Positions 1 through 13,118 of a DNA stretch of 64,000 nucleotides are shown piece after piece. Under the pieces are notes generated by a model, which searched no databases, was not told the origin of the DNA, and was given only the letters and a program-made list of their open reading frames with translations. The stretch comes from Novimethylophilus sp. (lineage in GTDB: Bacteria > Pseudomonadota > Gammaproteobacteria > Burkholderiales > Methylophilaceae), in NCBI RefSeq assembly GCF_036504375.1, contig NZ_DASXVH010000045.1, forward strand, positions 9,921 to 73,920. Reading direction: 5' to 3'. Both the position numbers and the translations under genes were made by a program. Within the stretch, counting starts at the first letter, position 1; every line of letters begins with the position of its first letter.

Positions 1-398
1 CCTTCTTCCTGGCTGTTCCAGTCGGGCAATCCGGCATGATGCCCGGCAATCAAATAAGCGAGAATGCGCCCATGCAAGCCCAGCGTTTCCACCGCGTGAA
101 TCGCGCCCGCCGTGGAATGGTCCACCCGGCCCGACGTACCTTCGATATGGGCCTCCGGGTCATATCCGCTTTTGGTCTTGATGTAAGACTGGAACTTCTC
201 ACGGTACTTGCCAAAATCGTGCCACAAGCCGGAAAGGCTCGCCCAGCCGACGCTGTTGAAGTCGGAGGCAAATATCCCCGCCAGACGTGCCACAGCATGA
301 GAATGTTCAATCAGCCAATGCTCCACCCATGTGCCATCCGGCAACTGCCGGACATGCGCCAGAGGCTGCTGGTCCCGTTTGTCGTTTACATCCGCCAT
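1..398 (-). CDS. cas3: CRISPR-associated Cas3 nuclease/helicase, N-terminal HD domain only (gene runs off the left edge)
   Basis: Absent from the ORF track because there is no stop in the window. My hand reverse-complement from ATG 398..396 is open to base 1. It reads MADVNDKRDQQPLAHVRQLPDGTWVEHWLIEHSHAVARLAGIFASDFNSVGWASLSGLWHDFGKYREKFQSYIKTKSGYDPEAHIEGTSGRVDHSTAGAIHAVETLGLHGRILAYLIAGHHAGLPDWNSQEE. HSxxVA, LWHDFGKY..FQ, VDHSTAGA and AGHHAGLPD are the Cas3 HD metal-ligand motifs. An AAGGTGGA SD lies upstream. Confidence 0.7.
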   Translation of the reverse strand, partial: MADVNDKRDQQPLAHVRQLPDGTWVEHWLIEHSHAVARLAGIFASDFNSVGWASLSGLWHDFGKYREKFQSYIKTKSGYDPEAHIEGTSGRVDHSTAGAIHAVETLGLHGRILAYLIAGHHAGLPDWNSQEE

Positions 399-775
399 CT
401 CACTTCCACCTTAACCCTGTCCCAAGAATTACTGCTGTTCTCCAGCCCAACAATCAACGCATCCAGCGTTTCTCCGCGGTCCAGCAATTGCGAAATGGCT
501 GCATTGTCCAGCCGAGGAATATAGCCTAATTTAAAACTTTGCCATTCCACGCGCACGGCGCGTTCGTCATACGGATTATCGGCTTCGCGCGTCAGCGTGA
601 TTGGCTGGCCGACGGCGAGTTGCGGCCATAATGCGTCGCCGTGATGGTATTGAAACCCGGCCACGGGGGAGGTCTGCAAGGTTTTCCATGTCTCGCGGCT
701 GGCGTGGGCGGCTCCGGGCAGGGCGATTCCGCCGGCCAATGCCGTCAATGATTTCAAAAATGCTCGCCGCAACAT
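386..775 (-). CDS. HIRAN-domain protein with twin-arginine (Tat) signal peptide
   Basis: 129-aa ORF. The N-terminus MLRRAFLKSLTALAGGIALPGAAHA/S has an RRxFLK motif, a hydrophobic core and an AxA site. The mature part (VAGFQYHHG..LTREADNPYDERAVRV..KLGYIPR) fits the HIRAN signature. GGGGAA SD before ATG 775. The 3' end overlaps the cas3 start by 13 nt. Confidence 0.75.
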   Translation of the reverse strand: MLRRAFLKSLTALAGGIALPGAAHASRETWKTLQTSPVAGFQYHHGDALWPQLAVGQPITLTREADNPYDERAVRVEWQSFKLGYIPRLDNAAISQLLDRGETLDALIVGLENSSNSWDRVKVEVRWRM

Positions 776-943
776 GGCTTCCCCTTTGGTTTCCGACTAT
801 CGCCATTTTAGTTTCGGCATAACTTGAAGATTAGCCCCTACTGAAATTCGCTTTGCTCATTTTCCACACTCACAGTCTCAAAACATGAGCCTGCAAAACA
901 AAAATCTGGATTCGAGGTAAGGCCCGGAATGACGGCATTGTTG

Positions 944-1990
<1,047 letters not shown>

Positions 1991-2025
1991 TCATGCACGG
2001 ACCTTTTGAGTCCTGTCAGTCAGTT

Positions 2026-2634
2026 TCATTCATCCCAATCATGGTCGCGATGGCGCTTGTCCCAGCCGCGATGCCATCCATTGTCGTGGCGATCGCCAGG
2101 CTCGAGATAGCTCACGCGGCTGTCGTAATCCGGCGAGACCGCCACTCTTACCCTGATAGTGTTACCCGGGTCGTTGGGCATCGTCGCGGTGTAGTCGCGG
2201 CCATTGAAGCGGTAGGTCACCAGGTAGTCGCGGGTGACGGTCTGCCAATTGTCCACCGTGACGCAGCGGTCCACCGGATGGGTGGTGTAGACATTATCGC
2301 GGCGGTCGCGGTTGTCGATACGGTCGCCGACGATGGCACCAGTAGCGGCACCTACCGCGGCGCCTGCGATGCGGCCCTTGCCCTTGCCGATCTGGCTGCC
2401 GATGAGACCGCCGGCGATACCGCCGATGATGGAACCGCCGATGTCGCGGTCGCCTGAGCTGGCGGATTCGCGGATGTATTCGGTGCGGCATTCCTGACGC
2501 GGAGCATTGATGCGTTCGGTCTGCGGGACGACGGAAAGCACCCGCGCGGTATCGTAATAAGCGTCGTCAGCCATGGCCGGCGATGCTATCGCACCGACCA
2601 GCATCAAGGCTGTACTGATTTTCAAGGCTTTCAC
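2026..2634 (-). CDS. Secreted glycine-zipper (Rick_17kDa/2TM-type) protein
   Basis: GTG 2634 is preceded by GAAGGAGG. Signal peptide VKALKISTALMLVGAIASPAMA/DD. Glycine zipper GGSIIGGIAGGLIGSQIGKGKGRIAGAAVGAATGAIVG. His/Asp/Arg-rich tail. Confidence 0.75.
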   Translation of the reverse strand: MKALKISTALMLVGAIASPAMADDAYYDTARVLSVVPQTERINAPRQECRTEYIRESASSGDRDIGGSIIGGIAGGLIGSQIGKGKGRIAGAAVGAATGAIVGDRIDNRDRRDNVYTTHPVDRCVTVDNWQTVTRDYLVTYRFNGRDYTATMPNDPGNTIRVRVAVSPDYDSRVSYLEPGDRHDNGWHRGWDKRHRDHDWDE

Positions 2635-2827
2635 GTTGCAACCTCCTTCTGTTGTTGGAAATCCCGTCGGCACATTTGCCGGCAGTTGAGTGAATAACGC
2701 AGGTGCAATTGCTCTGGTTGACTGTCCGGCCGGTCAGTTACAAAATTTTACATTTCGTACCATATGGCGAACTAATACCTGCGGATGGGTCTAAAATTCA
2801 GGGACATACATCAGGAGGAGGTTCATC

Positions 2828-3781
2828 ATGAAGACAACCGCCGTTTCGCTGCTGGCGTTTTTGCTTGTCGCCACCGCCGCCGGGGCCGAGGAATTCAACA
2901 AGAACTGTTCCATGAGCATGGCCATGGGAAGGGAAGTCGCCACCGACTGTTCCGTGAAATGGGAAAACGAAGGCAAGGTTTACTGCTTTTCCAGCCGGCA
3001 ATCCAAGGACATGTTCCTGATGAACACCGCCGAGAACATGCGCAAAGCGCGCGAGTTCGAGAAAAAGATCGGTGCCACAACCAAAGAAAAGGTCAGTTCC
3101 GAGCAGGTTCGCAGCCTGATCAAACAGGCGACTCTGGAAAAACCCGCAGATTTCTCCGGCAAGGATTTGAGCTACCAGGATTTGAGCGGCCTTGATCTGC
3201 GCAACGCCAGATTCGTCGACGCCAACCTGTTTGGCGCCGATCTGCGCGGCTCCGACTTCACCGGGGTGGACATGACCAACGCCTATCTCAACCTCGCGCG
3301 CATCGAAAAGACCAATTTCACCAACGCCAACCTGACCAACGCCACGCTGTTCCAGCCGATCTATGAAAAAAATAGTTTCAAGGGCGCCAAGCTCGTCAAC
3401 GCACGGGTCATCGGCACCCTGGGTGCGGTGGACATGAGCGAGGCCGACGTGCGCAACGGCCGCTTCGGCCTCGATCTCGGCAATCAGCCGATGGGGCAGA
3501 TGAAGTTCGATAGTGTCGGCGGCAAGTTCATGGGCACCAATTTCGAAGGTTCGGACATCAACCGCGCCAACCTCAGTTTCGCCGACCTGCGCGGCGCCAA
3601 CCTGCGCAATACCAACCTGTTCCGCGTGGATTTCAGCAAGGCCGACTTGACCGGCGCCGACCTCACCGGTGCGGACATCGGCGAAGCCGTGCTCGACGGC
3701 ACCGTCCTGAAGGACGTGAAAGGGCTGGATAAAGTGAAGGGCATGGCGACGACGCAGGGCAAATGCGAGGGCTGTAAATAA
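2828..3781 (+). CDS. Secreted pentapeptide-repeat protein with N-terminal Cys-containing YHS-like module
   Basis: AGGAGGAGG SD. Signal peptide MKTTAVSLLAFLLVATAAGA/EE. A run of A(D/N)LxG-type pentapeptides (ANLFGADLRGSDFTGVDMTNAYL..., ADLRGANLRNTNLFRVDFSKADLTGADLTGADI). The N-terminal CSMSMAMGREV..GKVYCFSS..KDMF resembles a YHS/TRASH fold. Confidence 0.85.
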   Translation: MKTTAVSLLAFLLVATAAGAEEFNKNCSMSMAMGREVATDCSVKWENEGKVYCFSSRQSKDMFLMNTAENMRKAREFEKKIGATTKEKVSSEQVRSLIKQATLEKPADFSGKDLSYQDLSGLDLRNARFVDANLFGADLRGSDFTGVDMTNAYLNLARIEKTNFTNANLTNATLFQPIYEKNSFKGAKLVNARVIGTLGAVDMSEADVRNGRFGLDLGNQPMGQMKFDSVGGKFMGTNFEGSDINRANLSFADLRGANLRNTNLFRVDFSKADLTGADLTGADIGEAVLDGTVLKDVKGLDKVKGMATTQGKCEGCK

Positions 3782-3785
3782 ACGC

Positions 3786-4235
3786 TCACTCCGCCGCGAT
3801 CTTGAGCACCACCTTGCGGATGCTGCCCGCGCCGACCAGCGGCGCGTGCGCATCCTCGGGGAAGAAAATGCAGAAAGCGCCGGGCGGCGTCGCGATCCAG
3901 CTTGTCGGGGCATCGCGGAAAAACCGGATGTCCCGCTCGGCACTGTAATCGGCCACCGGTTGGCGACAATCGCGCACCGGCTTCCACCCCATCTCGTCCA
4001 CCCCGTCCAGCACCAGTTGGATATCGATGTATTTGCGATGGCACTCCAGTTTCGCCGCCTCGCGGCTGCGCCCGGCAACCGCTTCCACAATGGCGAACAG
4101 GCGATCGCCTTCGATGGGGTAGCGGCCCGGCGCCAAGGCGCGAAGATCAGTACTGGTCAGGAATTCAAAGGCGCACGGAAACAGCGCATGTAGGGTGGTG
4201 TAGCGGTTGGCGTTGGCTAGATGGTCGAGGATCAT
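3786..4235 (-). CDS. YhcH/YjgK/YiaL (DUF386, EbgC-like) family protein
   Basis: 149 aa. MILDHLANANRY...ECHRKYIDIQLVL...GAFCIFFPEDAHAP is the family pattern. Confidence 0.8.
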   Translation of the reverse strand: MILDHLANANRYTTLHALFPCAFEFLTSTDLRALAPGRYPIEGDRLFAIVEAVAGRSREAAKLECHRKYIDIQLVLDGVDEMGWKPVRDCRQPVADYSAERDIRFFRDAPTSWIATPPGAFCIFFPEDAHAPLVGAGSIRKVVLKIAAE

Positions 4236-4350
4236 GATGGTTGGGTTCTAGAGGGTCCATAATAATGCCTGCGATCACCCCCAACAGATACATGAATGCT
4301 TGAGTTCAGCGAGCTACCGAAGGCAGCCCGCTGAAACTAAAGTTGCGTTT

Positions 4351-5040
4351 TCAGCTTTCCTCGCTGGCAATAAAACGATAGGTCACCGCACCGAGCAATG
4401 CGCCCGCAATGGGAGCAACCCAGAAGAGCCAGAGCTGACCGACAGCCCAATCACCGACGAACAAGGCAACACCCGTGCTTCGCGCGGGATTGACTGAAGT
4501 ATTTGTCACAGGGATGCTGATGAGGTGAATCAGCGTCAGCGCAAAGCCAATCGCGATAGGGGCAAAGCCCGCCGGTGCACGCTTGTCGGTTGCGCCAAGT
4601 ATGACCAACAGGAAGAACATAGTCATGACCACCTCGCTGACCAGCGCTGCCAGAAGAGAGTAGCCGCCGGGCGAATGTGCGCCATAGCCGTTCGATGCAA
4701 ACCCCTTGGAAACATCGAAACCTTCAGCGCCACTGGCGATGACGTAGAGCACGCCGCCGGCGACGATAGCGCCAAGGACTTGCGCCACGATGTAGGGAAA
4801 GAGCTTGCTTGCAGGAAAGCGGCCGCCAGCCCAAAGTCCAACCGAGACTGCTGGGTTGAGGTGACAGCCAGAGATGTGGCCGATGGCATAGGCCATAGTC
4901 AACACCGTGAGGCCGAATGCAAGCGCAACGCCGTGCAAACCGATGCCAACATTCGGAAACGCGGCAGCAAGCACCGCACTTCCGCACCCGCCAAGAACAA
5001 GCCAAAACGTCCCAAGGAATTCCGCACCATATTGTTTCAT
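4351..5040 (-). CDS. aqpZ: Aquaporin Z
   Basis: 229 aa, six hydrophobic segments, two NPA boxes (HLNPAVS, SVNPARS), N-terminus [20 protein letters not shown]. Confidence 0.95.
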   Translation of the reverse strand: MKQYGAEFLGTFWLVLGGCGSAVLAAAFPNVGIGLHGVALAFGLTVLTMAYAIGHISGCHLNPAVSVGLWAGGRFPASKLFPYIVAQVLGAIVAGGVLYVIASGAEGFDVSKGFASNGYGAHSPGGYSLLAALVSEVVMTMFFLLVILGATDKRAPAGFAPIAIGFALTLIHLISIPVTNTSVNPARSTGVALFVGDWAVGQLWLFWVAPIAGALLGAVTYRFIASEES

Positions 5041-5133
5041 TTGTATCTCCTCTTGTTAAGAAGGATTATGAACGTGTGACGCCCTACAGCTATTATAAGG
5101 ATGAATCGCCCCGATATCGCATAAGAAACTCAC

Positions 5134-5658
5134 TTACCTCTCGACCGTTACCTTGCCATCGGCACCCATGCTCCGCCACACCAGGTACACCCGCAGATCA
5201 AATTCCAGCTGGTGATAGCCCGGCTGCATGTGCTCGCACAGTTGGTAGAAGGCTTTGTCGTGGTTGCGCTCCTTGAGGTGGGCCAGTTCGTGCACGACGA
5301 CCATGCGCAAAAACTCGGGAGGCGTGGCCTTGAACAATGAAGCGATGCGAATTTCCTTCTTGGCCTTGAGCTTGTTGCCCTGCACGCGCGAAATCGCCGT
5401 GTTCAGCCCCAGCGCGTGGTGCAGCACGTCCAGCTTGCTGTCGTAATGCACTTTATCCAGTGGCGGGGCGTTGCGCAGATAGGTTTGCTTGAGTTCGGCG
5501 GCGTACTGGTACAGCGCCCTGTCGGTTTGCACCAGGTGCTGTTGCGGGTAGCGCTGGGCGATGTATTCACCCAGCCGGTTCCGCTCTGCCAGCTGCCGCA
5601 CCCGGTCTTGCAGCGCAGCCGGGTAGTGCTGTAGATATTTCAGGTGCCTCGTTAACAT
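5134..5658 (-). CDS. YgjP-like (DUF45/M48 family) zinc metallohydrolase
   Basis: 174 aa with a HELAHL zinc motif followed by NHDKAFY. Confidence 0.8.
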   Translation of the reverse strand: MLTRHLKYLQHYPAALQDRVRQLAERNRLGEYIAQRYPQQHLVQTDRALYQYAAELKQTYLRNAPPLDKVHYDSKLDVLHHALGLNTAISRVQGNKLKAKKEIRIASLFKATPPEFLRMVVVHELAHLKERNHDKAFYQLCEHMQPGYHQLEFDLRVYLVWRSMGADGKVTVER

Positions 5659-5679
5659 CCGGATTGGTGTCGGCGATGC

Positions 5680-7125
5680 TCAAATATCTTGCAGCAAACG
5701 CAATCCCAACCCCACCCCGAAGCCGTTCACATCGCTCGCCACCGCGCCCAGCCCGCCCTTGCGGTTGCTGGAAGACAGATCGACATGCAGCCAGGATGGA
5801 TCGTTCTCGATAAATTTCGACAGGAAGCGTGCCGCGAGAATATGGTCGGCATCGCCCTCCAGCGTGCATTGCTTGATATCGGCGATTTTCGAGTCGAGGT
5901 CGACGTCGTAATCACTGTCAAACGGGAAAGCACATACCCGCTCGCCGGCCGCCTGGCCTATGCTCACCGCCTTGCACAACAGTTCGGGCCGATTGCCGAG
6001 GATGCCGCTATAGCGGTCTCCGAGCGCCGTCGCCATGCTGCCGGTGAGCGTGGCGAAGTCGATCATCAGCTCGGGCTTGGCCCTGGACGCCAGTGTCAGG
6101 GTATCGGCCAGCACCATGCGGCCTTCGGCGTCGGTATGGACGATTTCGATGGTGGTGCCGTTGAGCGCTCTCACCACGTCGTTCTGCTTGTAGGCCTTGG
6201 AGCTGATATGGTTCTGCGCCAGCGCCAGCCAGCAGTCGATGTTTATCGGCAATTTCGCGCGCGTCGCCGCCAGCAGGATGCCTAAGCTAACCGCCGAGCC
6301 GCTCATGTCTTCGTGCATGCCCTGCATGTAGCGCGCCGGCTTCAGGTTGTGCCCGCCGGTATCGAAGCAGATGCCCTTGCCCACCAGCGCGACGTGCTTG
6401 CGCGCCTGGTCCGGGCGGTAGCTCAGATGCACGATCGCGGCATCGTCCGGGTCGGAGCCCTGCGCCACCGCGACAAAGGCGCCGGCACCCAGCTTGCGCA
6501 GCTTTTTCAGGTCGTATTCCTCGTACTTCCAGCCGTGCTCTTGCGCCAGCGCCTGCACTTTGTCGCGGTAGATGCCGGGCGTGAGTTCGTTGGGCGGCAG
6601 CATGGTCAGGCTGCGCGCCAGCGTATTGCCTTCGGCCAGCGCCTGGGTCGCGGCAAAACCGCCCGCCTGCCGACATCCATACAGTTCGATCTTCTTCAGC
6701 GGCTTGCGGTCCTGCTTTTTCTTGCGGCTGGGCAACTCGGCGGAATTGAGCCAGGCCACGTACAGCGCGCTTTCCGCCGCCAGGCGGCGCACCTCGTCAT
6801 TGCCGAATACGGCGATGGTCAAGACGGACGGCCCTTCCTCCAGCAACGGCTGGATGGCTTTGCGCAATGCGGTGTGGCGCTCGAAAGCGGATAGTTTCGG
6901 ATCGACGATCACCCACGCCGCCTTGCCGCCTTGCGGCAGATCGGCCACCAGCGGGGATTTCGCCAGCTCCGCATATTTGCTCTTGTGCCGTTTCAGCCTG
7001 GCGTCGAGCACTTCGTTCAATGGCGCATGGGGCTGCTGCGGAGGCAATATAAGCAGCAAATGGCCAGCACCTGCAGCCACATGATCCGTAATATCGCTTT
7101 GATTTTGAATGAGTTTGGCCGTCAT
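5680..7125 (-). CDS. M17 family leucyl aminopeptidase
   Basis: 481 aa. VGKGICFDTGGHNLKP and HTDAEGRMVLAD catalytic motifs. Confidence 0.9.
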   Translation of the reverse strand: MTAKLIQNQSDITDHVAAGAGHLLLILPPQQPHAPLNEVLDARLKRHKSKYAELAKSPLVADLPQGGKAAWVIVDPKLSAFERHTALRKAIQPLLEEGPSVLTIAVFGNDEVRRLAAESALYVAWLNSAELPSRKKKQDRKPLKKIELYGCRQAGGFAATQALAEGNTLARSLTMLPPNELTPGIYRDKVQALAQEHGWKYEEYDLKKLRKLGAGAFVAVAQGSDPDDAAIVHLSYRPDQARKHVALVGKGICFDTGGHNLKPARYMQGMHEDMSGSAVSLGILLAATRAKLPINIDCWLALAQNHISSKAYKQNDVVRALNGTTIEIVHTDAEGRMVLADTLTLASRAKPELMIDFATLTGSMATALGDRYSGILGNRPELLCKAVSIGQAAGERVCAFPFDSDYDVDLDSKIADIKQCTLEGDADHILAARFLSKFIENDPSWLHVDLSSSNRKGGLGAVASDVNGFGVGLGLRLLQDI

Positions 7126-7280
7126 TATTACTTCTCGCAGAGTAGTTTAAACTTGACCGCCGGGGTCAAAATAGCGAAGATAGCGCCTTTCGCCAGCAGC
7201 CCGGCGCTGCATTGTCACGCCGTGAAACGGAGATTATACCGTTAGCGGCCAGCCCAAAAGTATTCCAGGAGAGCAAGCCC

Positions 7281-9944
<2,664 letters not shown>

Positions 9945-9958
9945 TAAAGGTTGGATAA

Positions 9959-10201
9959 ATGAGCCAAACGATAGAAGTCAAAGTCCCGGACATCGGCAAT
10001 TTCGATAGCGTCGATGTTATCGAGGTACTGGTGAAGTCCGGCGACGCGATCGGTAAAGACGACTCGCTGATTACGCTGGAATCCGACAAGGCGTCGATGG
10101 ACATTCCATCGCCGCAGGCGGGCACGGTAAGGGAAGTGAAAATCAAGGTCGGTGACAAAGTGGCCCAGGGCACATTGATCCTGACCCTGGAAACCGCGGC
10201 T
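9959..10201. repeat. Lipoyl-domain module, copy 1 (in aceF)
   Basis: Paralogous to 11367..11609. 71 of the first 81 residues are identical by hand count, and the DNA is clearly alignable. Confidence 0.85.
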
Positions 10202-11290
10202 GGCGCAGCACCTGCCGTCAAGCCGGAACCGACCGTCACACCGGCACCGCAAGCCGCACCAATTATTGCAGAGGTACCCCCGCCCAGCCGTCCGGTGCCG
10301 GAAGTGCCCAAGCCCATCGCGCCGCAGCATACGCCCGACCCGGTTGCAGCCCGCGCCGAATTCGCTCCCGGCAAAGCGCCGCACGCCAGCCCTTCGGTGC
10401 GCAAATTCGCACGCGAACTGGGCGCCAACCTGGTCCTGGTCAATGGCTCAGGCCCCAAGGGCAGGATACTCAAGGAAGACGTGCAAGCCTACGTCAAGGG
10501 CGAACTCGCCAAGCCGCGCAGCGAAGCGCTTTCCAGCGGCGGCGGTCTGGTTGTGCCACAGATGCCGGTAATCGATTTCAGCCAGTACGGCGAAACCGAA
10601 TCCCAGCCGCTATCGCGCATCAAAAAGCTTTCCGGCGCGAATCTGCACCGCAACTGGGTCACCGCCCCGCATGTCACCCAGTTCGACAACGCCGATATCA
10701 CCGACCTCGAGGCTTTCCGCAAATCGATGCAGGACGAAGCCAACAAGCGCGGCGTCAAGCTGACGATGCTGGCTTTCCTGATGAAGGCGGTGGTCAATGC
10801 GCTGCGCACCTACCCCAACTTCAATGCCTCGCTGGCGCCGGACGGCGACAGCCTGATCATGAAGAAGTACCATCACATCGGCTTTGCCTGCGATACGCCT
10901 GACGGCCTGGTAGTGCCGGTGATCCGCGACGTCAACCAGAAGGACGTACTGGACATCGCGCGCGACTTGGGCGAACTGTCGGCCAAGGCGCGCGAAAGAA
11001 AGCTGAAGCTGGAGGAAATGCAGGGTGGCTGCTTCACCATCTCCAGCCTGGGCGGTATCGGCGGCACCGCTTTCACGCCGATTATCAATTGCCCGGAAGT
11101 CGCCATCCTCGGCGTGTCGCGTTCCAGCATCGAACCGGTATGGAATGCCCAGACCAAGGCCTTCGAGCCGCGCCTGATGCTGCCACTGTCGCTGTCCTAC
11201 GACCATCGCGTGATCGACGGCGCCGACGGCGCGCGCTTCACCAGCCATCTGCGCGTGATGCTGTCCGACGTGCGGAGATTGTTACTGTAA
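9959..11290 (+). CDS. aceF: Dihydrolipoyllysine acetyltransferase E2, single lipoyl domain
   Basis: Lipoyl motif [13 protein letters not shown], Ala/Pro linker, E3-binding domain [13 protein letters not shown], catalytic [12 protein letters not shown]. Confidence 0.95.
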   Translation: MSQTIEVKVPDIGNFDSVDVIEVLVKSGDAIGKDDSLITLESDKASMDIPSPQAGTVREVKIKVGDKVAQGTLILTLETAAGAAPAVKPEPTVTPAPQAAPIIAEVPPPSRPVPEVPKPIAPQHTPDPVAARAEFAPGKAPHASPSVRKFARELGANLVLVNGSGPKGRILKEDVQAYVKGELAKPRSEALSSGGGLVVPQMPVIDFSQYGETESQPLSRIKKLSGANLHRNWVTAPHVTQFDNADITDLEAFRKSMQDEANKRGVKLTMLAFLMKAVVNALRTYPNFNASLAPDGDSLIMKKYHHIGFACDTPDGLVVPVIRDVNQKDVLDIARDLGELSAKARERKLKLEEMQGGCFTISSLGGIGGTAFTPIINCPEVAILGVSRSSIEPVWNAQTKAFEPRLMLPLSLSYDHRVIDGADGARFTSHLRVMLSDVRRLLL

Positions 11291-11366
11291 ATTTCAGCCA
11301 CCGGCAACATGGGGAAAGCAAAACCTTCTGGGTTACCCCGTGCTCCCCGTGGCTCAAGAGGTTTTT

Positions 11367-11609
11367 ATGAGCCAGATTATCGAAGTGCAGGTTCCTGACA
11401 TCGGCAATTTCGACAGCGTCGATGTCATCGAAGTATTGGTCAAGGCCGGTGACGGCATTGCCAAGGACGACTCGCTGATCACGCTGGAGTCGGACAAGGC
11501 TTCGATGGATATTCCCAGTCCGCAAGCCGGCACGGTGAAGGAAGTCAAGGTCAAGGTCGGCGACAAGGTCGCCAAGGGATCGCTGATCCTGATGCTGGAA
11601 ACGGCCGCA
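11367..11609. repeat. Lipoyl-domain module, copy 2 (in lpdA)
   Basis: See copy 1. Confidence 0.85.
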
Positions 11610-13109
11610 GCCACAGTGCTGGCGTCGAAACCTGCTGCGGCGACTGAAAACAAGCCTGCGCCGGCCCTCGCTCCTACAGCCGCCCCCGCCGGCAATGCCG
11701 ACCTCCACGCCGAGGTGCTGGTGCTGGGCGCCGGGCCCGGCGGTTACACTGCCGCCTTCCGCGCCGCCGATCTCGGCAAGAAAGTGGTGCTGGTGGAGCG
11801 CTATCCCAATCTGGGCGGCGTCTGCCTCAACGTCGGCTGCATTCCGTCCAAGGCATTGTTGCACGCCGCGAAGGTCATCACCGAAGCGGAAGAAATGGCC
11901 GAACACGGCATCAGCTTCGGCAAGCCGCAAATCGACCTCGCCAAATTGAGGTCGTGGAAAGAAAACGACGTCGTCGACAAGCTCACCGACGGCCTGACCC
12001 AGTTGGCAAAACAGCGCAACGTGACTGTGGTATACGGCCTGGGCCGTTTCACTTCCGCCAATCGCCTCGAAGTCCGGGCTGCGGACGGCAAGGCAAGCTC
12101 TATCTCCTTCGATAACGCGATCGTCGCCGCCGGCTCCCAAGCGACCAAGATTCCGGACATAGCTACCGACCCCCGCATCATGGATTCCACCGGCGCGCTG
12201 GCGCTGGACGACATTCCCAAACGCCTGCTGGTCGTCGGCGGCGGCATCATCGGCCTGGAAATGGGCACGGTGTACGACGCCTTCGGTTCCAAAGTCACCA
12301 TCGTGGAATTAGGCGACGGCCTGATCCCCGGCTGCGACCGAGACCTGGTGAAGCCCCTGCACAAGCGCATGGAAAAACGCTTCGAAAAAATCCTGCTCAA
12401 GACCAGGGTCGTCAAGATCGACCCCAGGAAAGACGGCATTCACGTCACGTTCGAAGGCGACAATGCGCCGGAACCGCAGCTCTATGACCGTGTGCTGGTC
12501 GCCATCGGCCGCCGCCCCAACGGCAAGAATATCGGCGCCGAAAACGCCGGGCTGTTCGTCGACGAACGCGGCTTCATCCCGGTGGACAAGCAGATGCGCA
12601 CCAACGTGCCGCATATTTTCGCGATCGGCGACATCGCCGGCCATCCGATGCTGGCGCACAAGGCCACGCACGAAGGCAAAGTGGCGGCAGAAGTAATCGC
12701 CGGCCACAAGGTCGAATTCCAGGCGCTGGCGATCCCTTCTGTTGCTTATACCGATCCGGAAGTGGCCTGGGCCGGCGTCACCGAGACCGAGGCCAGGCAG
12801 AAAGGCTTGGAAATCGAAAAAACCTCTTTCCCGTGGGCTGCCAGCGGACGTGCTTTATCCATCGGCCGTACCGAAGGCGCCACCAAGCTGATTTTCGACA
12901 AGGGCAGCAAACGCCTGATCGGCGTCGGCATCGTCGGCACCAATGCCGGCGAACTGCTGGCCGAAGCCGTGCTGGCACTGGAAATGGGCGCCGATGCCGA
13001 AGATATCGGGCTAACCATACATGCCCACCCGACGCTGTCGGAAACCGTGGCTTTTGCCTCCGAAATGGCGGAAGGCACGATTACCGATCTCTATATCCGG
13101 AAAAAATAA
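11367..13109 (+). CDS. lpdA: Dihydrolipoyl dehydrogenase E3 with N-terminal lipoyl domain
   Basis: ATG 11367 after AAGAGG. Residues 1-81 form a lipoyl domain. These are followed by [17 protein letters not shown] (FAD) and the redox disulfide [13 protein letters not shown]. Confidence 0.95.
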   Translation: MSQIIEVQVPDIGNFDSVDVIEVLVKAGDGIAKDDSLITLESDKASMDIPSPQAGTVKEVKVKVGDKVAKGSLILMLETAAATVLASKPAAATENKPAPALAPTAAPAGNADLHAEVLVLGAGPGGYTAAFRAADLGKKVVLVERYPNLGGVCLNVGCIPSKALLHAAKVITEAEEMAEHGISFGKPQIDLAKLRSWKENDVVDKLTDGLTQLAKQRNVTVVYGLGRFTSANRLEVRAADGKASSISFDNAIVAAGSQATKIPDIATDPRIMDSTGALALDDIPKRLLVVGGGIIGLEMGTVYDAFGSKVTIVELGDGLIPGCDRDLVKPLHKRMEKRFEKILLKTRVVKIDPRKDGIHVTFEGDNAPEPQLYDRVLVAIGRRPNGKNIGAENAGLFVDERGFIPVDKQMRTNVPHIFAIGDIAGHPMLAHKATHEGKVAAEVIAGHKVEFQALAIPSVAYTDPEVAWAGVTETEARQKGLEIEKTSFPWAASGRALSIGRTEGATKLIFDKGSKRLIGVGIVGTNAGELLAEAVLALEMGADAEDIGLTIHAHPTLSETVAFASEMAEGTITDLYIRKK

Positions 13110-13118
13110 CCAACGGCC

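Noticed and set aside
2798-4090. 430-aa ORF on the minus strand
   Set aside because: It is antisense to the pentapeptide-repeat gene and runs through the YhcH gene in another frame. Its composition is Ala/Gly/Val/His-rich shadow-frame. It has no SD and no recognisable motif. It is a typical high-GC antisense artefact.
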